Program-made: the position numbers and the translations under genes
Notes under the pieces: model-generated
What the model was told of the DNA's origin: nothing
Seen by the model: the letters and a program-made list of their open reading frames with translations, nothing else
Databases searched by the model: none
Part shown: in pieces, positions 18,185 to 25,254 of the stretch
Layout: each line of letters starts with the position of its first letter
Position numbering within the stretch: the stretch's first letter is position 1
Assembly: GCA_036845125.1 (NCBI GenBank)
Contig: DAIUEO010000005.1
Coordinates: 1-51,841, forward strand
Origin: Candidatus Eiseniibacteriota bacterium
GTDB lineage: Bacteria; Eisenbacteria; RBG-16-71-46
Direction of reading: 5' to 3'
DNA length: 51,841 bases

Positions 18185-19099
18185 CTAATTAGGCGCTGTC
18201 ATTGTCCCCCCCGCTGAATCGCTCGGTTCGAGGATAGCGAACAGCTCGTTCGGTTCAGCGAGATGTTGCTGGTAGATCCATCTGGGGCCGGAGAGAGCGA
18301 TACGCTTAAAATGGACGCGGAAGCAGATTTGGCGGAACAGACGCACTTGCACCCTGGTGTGAGGGGCATTGTCCTCGAGTACTAGCCCGTGGATGGGTGT
18401 GACCGCGCCGGCCTGAAGGCGCTCAACGGCGGCGGCCGTATCTTCCCAGTTGCCTCCGCGAAGCATACGCCGGTAGGGTTCTAGAGCGTCCGAATAGATC
18501 GCACTTCCAATGCAGCACGCCAAGAACTCGTAGGCCGTCTTTAGCGCCCATGTATCAGGCGCGCCCAATCCGGTTTCAAGGGCGGGACGGATTCCCTCCG
18601 TATGCCACTCGATGATTTCGATTCCTGGTGCCAACTCGATCCGCTCGTTCGCCGGGGCTCCGTCGAACTTCTCTAGGGCTGCAGGAATCTCCAGGTCACG
18701 ACCTTGCTTCCGGAGCATCTGGACGATGGCGTCACGAGCTTCGGGGGTGGCCAGCATCAGGGAGCCGTCACCCGGCCGAAGGGGATGGGGCCGGAAAGCG
18801 CCTGCTTTGACCGATCCCTGGAACTCGCCGTATCCGGACTTGCCGACGTAGGCGGCCCCATCCTCGATAGTCTCGACGAGTTCCGGCAGCGTCTCCTTCA
18901 GTTGAAGGGCGGCTCTGCGAACATGTGGGTCGGACTTCACGCGGGAGTCGATCGTCGTTCCTAGGGTGCTATTGCAGGGCTTGCAGAGGAAGCTTGACCT
19001 GAGCCTTCCACCCACCAGAGCGGGAATGATGTGTTCTACCGTGAGTTCCCGTTCTTCAAGACACACGATGCACCGAGGATCTGTCCAAGGAACGACCAT
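18185..19099 (-). CDS. HNH endonuclease-domain protein with an uncharacterised ~240-aa C-terminal domain
   Basis: ORF 18185..19132. The ATG at 19099 is preceded by AGGAGG (complement of 19104-19109). The N-terminal HNH module is CIVCLEERELTVEHIIPALVGGRLRSSFLCKPCNSTLG (CxxC...EH...CxxCN). G+C is low. Confidence 0.75.
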   Translation of the reverse strand: MVVPWTDPRCIVCLEERELTVEHIIPALVGGRLRSSFLCKPCNSTLGTTIDSRVKSDPHVRRAALQLKETLPELVETIEDGAAYVGKSGYGEFQGSVKAGAFRPHPLRPGDGSLMLATPEARDAIVQMLRKQGRDLEIPAALEKFDGAPANERIELAPGIEIIEWHTEGIRPALETGLGAPDTWALKTAYEFLACCIGSAIYSDALEPYRRMLRGGNWEDTAAAVERLQAGAVTPIHGLVLEDNAPHTRVQVRLFRQICFRVHFKRIALSGPRWIYQQHLAEPNELFAILEPSDSAGGTMTAPN

Positions 19100-19233
19100 G
19101 CGACCTCCTAGCAAACCGAGGCAGGCTACCACGCATGAGGCTGCGGTGCAGACAGTTGCGGCGGATGCCGATGACTAGTCGTGGTGCAGGCGCCGCGGCT
19201 ACATGGCCGCCCCGGAGGCATTTTGGAGGGTTG

Positions 19234-19926
19234 ATGCTGATGAGAGTTGCGTTTGCTGGTGCGCTAATCCTGGTTCACGCGGTAGCGCAGGCTGGGTCAC
19301 TCTGCGTTCCGCCCACGGTCGAGAGGAACAGCCCTCACCAGTTTCTCGTCAGCATGGCGAATGCACTCGTCTACGCGAAGGAGGGTCTCGATCGCGTTAC
19401 GGAAGCGGACACCGACCTGTATTCGCTTGTCGTGGTGCTTCGACTCCAACAGTCGAGCTACAGGTGCGCCGCGAGCCAGGTAATGCCCTACGAGGCAAGT
19501 TCCGACTCGATCATCAGTGCAAGCGCCCAGGCCACTGCGGGAATCTTTGACCGCCTTTCACAAGTGGACGATGAGTTCGTGTCTCAGGCTAAGGTGCTCC
19601 TCGAACCGGACGGTTCGTTTTCAGCGGGAGAGATGGCAGAACGACAAGCGCAGACCCAAGCAGACCTTGAACAAACGTGGAAAGTTCTGATTCATGCAGT
19701 GGCCCTCGGCACGTTCGCTGTCGTGCGGGCCGATCCCATCACAGGCAAGATGGCGCGACTCTCGCTCACCGCAACGGAACGAGACGAAATCCTCGCAATC
19801 CTCCGATCAGGGTTCGGGCGAGGCGTTGCCGATGGGATACAGGCAGGTCAGCCTGCACTGCATGCTTCTGCGGCTGCCCTCTACCAGTTTCTCAGCAACC
19901 CGAAGTGGCAGTTACGATCGCGCTGA
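19234..19926 (+). CDS. hypothetical secreted helical protein
   Basis: ORF 19135..19926. The ATG at 19234 follows GGAGG and gives signal peptide MLMRVAFAGALILVHAVAQA. I recognise no family. Confidence 0.5.
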   Translation: MLMRVAFAGALILVHAVAQAGSLCVPPTVERNSPHQFLVSMANALVYAKEGLDRVTEADTDLYSLVVVLRLQQSSYRCAASQVMPYEASSDSIISASAQATAGIFDRLSQVDDEFVSQAKVLLEPDGSFSAGEMAERQAQTQADLEQTWKVLIHAVALGTFAVVRADPITGKMARLSLTATERDEILAILRSGFGRGVADGIQAGQPALHASAAALYQFLSNPKWQLRSR

Positions 19927-19954
19927 CCGAAGTCCTTGAGCGGGAGGGTGCGGA

Positions 19955-20257
19955 ATGGCGAACGGTGGGGCACTCGGCGATCGCCTTGTCGACATCGCCA
20001 TCTTCACACTGATGGGTGGGTTGGGTTTGGGGTGGGCCTTACTGCTCGGAACCATGGGTGTCCAAGCTCTGTTCCCGCAGTCAGCAGCTCGCGCTGAGCG
20101 CGTTCTTCAGGCCACGTCGAAATGGCTCAACCCCACTCTGAAGTACGCCCTATGGGTAGTTCTTGCTCTTGTCGCCGTTCGCTTCGTCGCGAGTTTGCTC
20201 GGATGGGCTCCTCCAGTGCCGCCGGGAGACCCGGGCGAGCTTGAGCGCGGGTCGTGA
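19955..20257 (+). CDS. small membrane protein with two predicted TM helices
   Basis: 100 aa. The hydrophobic segments are IAIFTLMGGLGLGWALLLGTMGV and YALWVVLALVAVRFVASLLGW. It starts 28 nt after the preceding gene. Confidence 0.45.
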   Translation: MANGGALGDRLVDIAIFTLMGGLGLGWALLLGTMGVQALFPQSAARAERVLQATSKWLNPTLKYALWVVLALVAVRFVASLLGWAPPVPPGDPGELERGS

Positions 20258-20310
20258 GCAGTTCGATCCCTTCAACGAGGTGTTCTGTCTCTGGCCTGTC
20301 CCGCCTCTAG

Positions 20311-20853
20311 GGAAAGGGGGGCATCCTGGCAAGGCAACGGCTGAAAGATCCACGCGACTTCCGTGATCGTGTTCAAGAGACGGTCCAATGGTTCAGCACG
20401 ATCTACCTTGGCGGGATACCGCCGATCATCACGAACGACTCCGCGTTTCTGGCGTTCATTTGCGTCGTCACTGCAACCGAGGCGCTCTCTGGCTACCGCT
20501 ACGGCGGTGGAAACCTAAACCACCGCTTCGTGAAGTTCGTACGGGAGTATTTCCCTGATGCATACACGCCTCATGCGGAAGACCTCTATGCTCTGCGCAA
20601 GAAGCTGGTGCACGCTTTTTCAACGGGACCGTTCCAGCTAATCCATCACAGGAGCGACATGCACCTGCGCGTGACGACTCGAGGTCAGGTGATCTTGAAT
20701 GCCGAGGACATGTACGGCGCTCTGCTGTCGGCCGCGCAGAAGTACTTCGCAGAGCTAAACGCCAACGATGATCTCAAGCGGAAACTTGTCGAACGCCTGG
20801 ACGCAGAAGGAGGTGGCAGCATCAGCGTCGGGCGAATTGCGGTAATCCGATGA
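20311..20853 (+). CDS. HEPN-like (Rx4H) hypothetical protein; the frame is open from 20311 but the first canonical start is GTG 20530, so it may be a pseudogene, frameshifted, or use a non-canonical start
   Basis: The track ORF is 20530..20853. The same frame is open back to the stop at 20308-20310 and reads protein-like sequence there (LKDPRDFRDRVQETVQWFSTIYLGGIPPIITNDSAFLAFICVVTATEALSGYRYGG...). The motif DLYALRKKLVHAF has R at 20596-20598 and H at 20611-20613. Confidence 0.45.
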   Translation, partial: GKGGILARQRLKDPRDFRDRVQETVQWFSTIYLGGIPPIITNDSAFLAFICVVTATEALSGYRYGGGNLNHRFVKFVREYFPDAYTPHAEDLYALRKKLVHAFSTGPFQLIHHRSDMHLRVTTRGQVILNAEDMYGALLSAAQKYFAELNANDDLKRKLVERLDAEGGGSISVGRIAVIR

Positions 20854-20895
20854 TCCGCAATCCCTGCGAGAGGGTGTCCCGCGCCGGCCCAATGA

Positions 20896-22656
20896 TCAGT
20901 GCAGCAGCACCATGCGATCGGATCGCGTGCGCCCGTCCGACGTGACCGTATAGAAGTACACGCCGGCGGGGAGGAGTCGACCGCTCCGGTCGCGACCGTC
21001 GAAGCGGTGTGAGTGCCATCCCGGTCCGAGACCCGTCTGGTCAACTCCGTTGACCTTCCGGCCCGACGCGTCGTAGACGGTGATGCGGACGTCTCCGGCT
21101 TGTGGGAGGCCGAAACGGATGAGCGTGCCCGATTCGCTCACGGGCTCGGGGGCGTTGGGGCGTAGCTCGAGGGCGGCGGGGACCGGTGTTTCGACTCCGG
21201 AAGTCGCGTCGCGGTTCTCCATCAGGATGATCACGTCGGCGATTTCGTCGGTGAGGACGAGGTCGAGATCGCGGTCGTTGTCGATGTCGAGCGGGATCGC
21301 GCACGAGGGGTTGGACGGGGCGATGATGTCCTGGTCGAACGTGAAGACGCCGGCGCCGTTGTTGGTGTAGATCCGCCAGAATCCGCCGCCGAAGGACGAC
21401 AGCACGATGTCGAGGTCGTGGTCGCCGTCGAGATCGCCGACATCCGCCGACGGGGTGTGCGCGCCGACCGCGACGGTCGTGACCGGACTGAAGGTGCCGG
21501 TGCCGGTATTGAGCAGCACGCCGCCGTTGAACCCGGTGCTGTTGGCGGTCACGGCATCGAGTCGGCCGTCGCCGTTCAGATCGCCGAGCGCCACGCCCCA
21601 CGGGAATCCGCCGGCCGATTGAGCGGGCCCCGCCGCTGTGAACGTGCCGTTCCCGTTGCCGAGCAGGGTCTGAACCTGGCCGCCGATGCCGCCGGTCACG
21701 AGGTCGGCGATGCCGTCGAGGTTCATGTCGCCGACCGCGAGGCCCCACTCGCCGCCGACGCCGCTGTTGAAGAAGCTCGGGGCACCGAACACCCCGCTGC
21801 CGTTGTTGATGAGCAGCGAGAGATTGTCGCTGCCCTGGTTCACGTTGACGATGTCCATGTCGGCGTCGCCGTCGACGTCGATCGGCACGATGCCGTGCGG
21901 CCAGGACCCCACCGGGATGTTCGTGATCGGGCCGAAGGTGCCGTCGCCGTTGCCCATCAGGATCCAGACATCGTCGGTGGAGGTGGCGCCGATGCAGAGG
22001 TCGCTGTTGCCGTCGTTGTCGAAGTCGGCGGGCTCGTTGGGGCTCGCTTCGTCGCCGATCGCCTGCGGGGTGAGCATGGTGCCGTAGTTGCCGGTTCCGT
22101 TCGCGAGGTTCAGGAACACCCGCACGTCGGCGCTCACCTCGTTCACGGTGGTGAGGTCGCAGTATCCATCGCCGTTGAGGTCGCCGGCCGAGGCTCCGTA
22201 GATCCGGGTCTGAACGTTGTCGATACGGTTCGAGATCACGTTCAGTTCGTCGAACTGGCGCGTCGCGGGCTGGGTCTCGGCCAGGAACTGGAAGAAGTAA
22301 CCGGCCGGCCTCAGGGGGATGTTGTCCGCGCCCCGTACGTCGTGCGACAGGTTGATGCTCACGATCTCGCCGGCCGAAAACGGCCGGTGCCGGACGAACG
22401 TCGCGGTCCGATTGCCGTTGCTGAACTCGAACGTCCCGGAGACGTTTCCGCTCCACCGCCCGAAGACCCGGAAGCTCGCCGGTGTGACGGAGGAAGTTAG
22501 CAGCGGCCGGTCGAACGTGACCGAGACGAGGCTCGAGACGCTCGCCATGCTATTGCGCGCCGGGCTGGTGCCGATGGCCGCGAGCTGTGCCATGGCGGGA
22601 CCGGCGAGGGCCGCGGTGGCGGCGGCGAGGAATCCGGCAATACGGGCGAGCGACAT
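20896..22656 (-). CDS. secreted FG-GAP/VCBS-repeat (integrin-alpha-like propeller) protein with an SbsA-Ig-like N-domain and a FlgD-Ig/T9SS-type CTD
   Basis: ORF 20896..22902. The ATG at 22656 follows GGGAGG and gives signal peptide MSLARIAGFLAAATAALAGPAMA. There are seven DxNGDGxxD-type repeats (DLNGDGYCDL, DFDNDGNSDL, DVDGDADMDI, DMNLDGIADL, DLNGDGRLDA, DLDGDHDLDI, DIDNDRDLDL). The CTD is ...IRFGLPQAGDVRITVYDASGRKV...GVYFYTVTSDG...MVLLH. Confidence 0.8.
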   Translation of the reverse strand: MSLARIAGFLAAATAALAGPAMAQLAAIGTSPARNSMASVSSLVSVTFDRPLLTSSVTPASFRVFGRWSGNVSGTFEFSNGNRTATFVRHRPFSAGEIVSINLSHDVRGADNIPLRPAGYFFQFLAETQPATRQFDELNVISNRIDNVQTRIYGASAGDLNGDGYCDLTTVNEVSADVRVFLNLANGTGNYGTMLTPQAIGDEASPNEPADFDNDGNSDLCIGATSTDDVWILMGNGDGTFGPITNIPVGSWPHGIVPIDVDGDADMDIVNVNQGSDNLSLLINNGSGVFGAPSFFNSGVGGEWGLAVGDMNLDGIADLVTGGIGGQVQTLLGNGNGTFTAAGPAQSAGGFPWGVALGDLNGDGRLDAVTANSTGFNGGVLLNTGTGTFSPVTTVAVGAHTPSADVGDLDGDHDLDIVLSSFGGGFWRIYTNNGAGVFTFDQDIIAPSNPSCAIPLDIDNDRDLDLVLTDEIADVIILMENRDATSGVETPVPAALELRPNAPEPVSESGTLIRFGLPQAGDVRITVYDASGRKVNGVDQTGLGPGWHSHRFDGRDRSGRLLPAGVYFYTVTSDGRTRSDRMVLLH

Positions 22657-22945
22657 TGAGCACCTCCCGAGGTTCGAGCTCCGGCGACCCCGCGGCCTGG
22701 TGTCCGCCCGCACGATGGCGACCGGCGTCGAGGCTAGGACGGGTTGGTCCGCAGGGCCAGTCGAAAAGTGGCCAGGTTCAGTTCCGCTGGCGATCTGTTC
22801 AGTATCGCCAGCAATTACCCGCTCCAGCGCGTTGGCGCCTCGACATTGGGCCAGTGTCGACAGGTTGATCCCACATCGTCGGGCCGCTAGGGTTTCGCGC
22901 ACGAACCCATTCTAGATTCCGATCCGCGCTCATAAGGAGAAATCG

Positions 22946-23662
22946 ATGCGGCTACACATCACATCACTCCGCATGCTCGTCGTCATGGTTCCGCTGATCC
23001 TCGTGGTCGGCTGCACCAAGGGCCAGAAGACCGAGCCCGGAGCCGCCGTCACCCAGCCGGCCGACGGTGCTCTGCCGCCTCCTCCCGGGCCCAACACGGT
23101 GGTCGCGTTCACGTGGTTCGAACAGGGCAGCACGGTCCCGGCGGAATGGGCGAAGGCGCGTGACGCGATGAAGGGCGTGGCGGGGTTCCGCTACTGGGCG
23201 GTGTTCACCGCTCTGGACGAGCGGCAGTCGAACGCGATGGTGGTCTCGATCTGGGACGATTCGAGCGCGGCGAAAGGCGGCCTGCAGGCGGCCGCAGCCC
23301 AGGTCCCGGCGGGCGGATGGGCGAAGACCGGACTTTTCCGCCGGGCCGCCGCCGACGGGAAGCTGGGGGACGAGGTGCTCAGCTCGGTGGTGGTGGTGAT
23401 TCCGATCACGTCCCAGGTGGACAGCGCGCGGGCGGTGACGGATTTCATTGTCGCGAACGGCTTCATGAGGACCCAGCCCGGCTACCTGGCGTCGTCGCTG
23501 TTCAAGTGCGTGGCGGGCGATCCCGGCTACGGCTACCTGATCGCCGGACGGTGGAAGAGCCGCGAGAACCTGCAGCAGGTGGCCGCGCTCCCGGCGTTCC
23601 AGGAAATGCAGACGAAGCTCGCGATCGCGGGCCAGCCGACCACGTACCAGCAGCAGAAGTAG
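22946..23662 (+). CDS. lipoprotein with two ABM-like (antibiotic-biosynthesis-monooxygenase fold) domains
   Basis: AAGGAG RBS at 22933-22938 and lipobox LILVVGC. There are two ~95-aa units (VVAFTWFEQG...MVVSIWDDSSA and VVVVIPITSQ...YLIAGRWKSRENL) with the ABM-like strand pattern. Confidence 0.5.
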   Translation: MRLHITSLRMLVVMVPLILVVGCTKGQKTEPGAAVTQPADGALPPPPGPNTVVAFTWFEQGSTVPAEWAKARDAMKGVAGFRYWAVFTALDERQSNAMVVSIWDDSSAAKGGLQAAAAQVPAGGWAKTGLFRRAAADGKLGDEVLSSVVVVIPITSQVDSARAVTDFIVANGFMRTQPGYLASSLFKCVAGDPGYGYLIAGRWKSRENLQQVAALPAFQEMQTKLAIAGQPTTYQQQK

Positions 23663-23675
23663 CGGCGGGTCCGGG

Positions 23676-25235
23676 CTACCTGGCCGCGGGCCTCCGCGGC
23701 AGGTACACGTACTCGGGGCGCGTGCGCATGCCGGTCACCGGCCAGAAGGCCTCCGGGTCGGTGAACAGGTTCGTCGCCGGATCGTAGCCGGTGCGGATGG
23801 TCGAGCCCAGCCAGCCGCGCGTGCTGAGCACGACCGTCGAATACGCCGTGTCGCGCACCGCCTGCTCCAGCTCGGCAACGAGCTCCCGCTCGACGTCCCC
23901 CTTCGCGATCTCGACCACGGCGACGAAGGCCATCTCGTGGAAGTGATCCGGCTTTCCGGCCAGGCGCACGAGGTAGGGATGCGAAGGAATGAGCACCCGC
24001 CCCGGCGTCGAGCGGAGTTTCTCCACGAATCGATCGCCGACCGTGCGATCCGAATCGGTCGGGATCTGGGCCAGCGGGTTGTAGGCGAGCGCCAGGAGCT
24101 GGAGCGCGATCGCGACCTGGAGCGCGGTGGCGAGCCGCCGCGAATCGTCCCCCGGGAGTTCCGCGAGCCACCGCAGCCCCGCGTGAACGCCGAGCCCGAA
24201 CACGATCGCGATCGTGGCGTACGCCGGCATCAGGACGTTGTCGTATCCCCCGGGGAACATGCGATGGAACCATGAGCTCAGCAGCGTCCCGGCGAGCATG
24301 GCGGCGTAGAACCATTGCCCGGATGGCGCCGCGGGCACCTCGTCTCCGGCCGCCGCTGCGGGGCGCGGCTGAAGCAGGTAGGCCGCACCGATCAGCAGCG
24401 CGAGTCCCATCGGCATGAAGATGTCGCGCGGCCAGTAATCGAAGACACGCGCCGCCTCGACCGGATGCCGGGCCGGCGCCACGAACAGGAAGTAGCGGTA
24501 CCAGCCGCTGCTCATGCGGTCGAGGAGCAGGGTCGTGCCGCCGATCCCGACCGTGAGCGCTCCGGCGAACACCAGGAATCGCATCCGCTGGGTCCACGCG
24601 AGATGGATCAGCAGCGGGAGCACGACCATGGCCGCCGACTGCTTGGCGAGGAACGCGAGCGTGAAGAGGGCACCGGCGATCAGCGGCGAGCGCCAGGGCG
24701 TGCGGTCCAGGCGCAGCGTCGTGAAGCCGCCGAGGAGGAGGAAGAGATAGAGCGAGTCGGCGCGCGCGACGTCGAACCATGCGCCTGAAATCCGGTAGGT
24801 CGCCGCCAGCAGCCCGACGGTCAAGGTCGCGGCCAGCAGCCGTCCGGTTTCGCGCCACACCAGCCACCCTGCCACCACGAAAGCTCCGAGCGATGCGAGG
24901 AATGAAGTCAGCCGGAGGGGCAGGAATCCGTCGCCGGTTCCCTTCGACACCAGCGCGGCGATCCACGGATAGAGCGGCGGGTAGTTGAACGGCACGTATT
25001 CGAGCGACGGCTTCACGTAGAGCGGGCGGCCGTCGAGCACGCGCGACATGGCCTGCAGGAGACCACCCTCGATCCATTCGAGCTCGTAGGGGTAGGACAT
25101 GCGCGCGACCGCAACGCCCACGTAGACCAGCACGAACAGCACCGCCACCACGACGAGCAGTGCGGTGGGGATCTTCTGAGCGGAGCCGGGACGGGAAGCG
25201 GAGGCGGACGGGGAACGCGGGCCCGGGGGGGACAT
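23676..25235 (-). CDS. GT-C fold membrane glycosyltransferase (family 39/ArnT-like)
   Basis: 519 aa and polytopic. TM1 is followed by the loop YPYELEWIEGGLLQ...RPLYVKPSLEYVPFNYPPLY, typical of ArnT/PMT-like proteins. Confidence 0.65.
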   Translation of the reverse strand: MSPPGPRSPSASASRPGSAQKIPTALLVVVAVLFVLVYVGVAVARMSYPYELEWIEGGLLQAMSRVLDGRPLYVKPSLEYVPFNYPPLYPWIAALVSKGTGDGFLPLRLTSFLASLGAFVVAGWLVWRETGRLLAATLTVGLLAATYRISGAWFDVARADSLYLFLLLGGFTTLRLDRTPWRSPLIAGALFTLAFLAKQSAAMVVLPLLIHLAWTQRMRFLVFAGALTVGIGGTTLLLDRMSSGWYRYFLFVAPARHPVEAARVFDYWPRDIFMPMGLALLIGAAYLLQPRPAAAAGDEVPAAPSGQWFYAAMLAGTLLSSWFHRMFPGGYDNVLMPAYATIAIVFGLGVHAGLRWLAELPGDDSRRLATALQVAIALQLLALAYNPLAQIPTDSDRTVGDRFVEKLRSTPGRVLIPSHPYLVRLAGKPDHFHEMAFVAVVEIAKGDVERELVAELEQAVRDTAYSTVVLSTRGWLGSTIRTGYDPATNLFTDPEAFWPVTGMRTRPEYVYLPRRPAAR

Positions 25236-25254
25236 TCGCCTATACTTACGCCGA

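Noticed and set aside
20163-20366. A 67-aa ORF overlapping the 3' end of the 2-TM gene and the 5' end of the HEPN-like frame.
   Set aside because: It overlaps a better-supported gene for 95 nt and has no protein-like features. It is only relevant as the neighbouring frame that a 1-nt shift at the G6 run (20315-20320) would join to the HEPN-like frame.
22657-22902. An 82-aa N-terminal extension of the FG-GAP ORF containing an HTH-like string (RETLAARRCGINLSTLAQCRGANALE).
   Set aside because: The ATG at 22656 has a GGGAGG RBS and is immediately followed by a canonical signal peptide. The extension has no RBS and would bury that signal peptide. The HTH resemblance is too short to support a separate gene.
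23683-23700. A GC-rich hairpin (GCCGCGG-GCCT-CCGCGGC) between convergent genes, considered as a bidirectional terminator.
   Set aside because: It lies inside the last codons of the minus-strand glycosyltransferase gene and has no flanking T/A tract, so there is not enough evidence for an intrinsic terminator.
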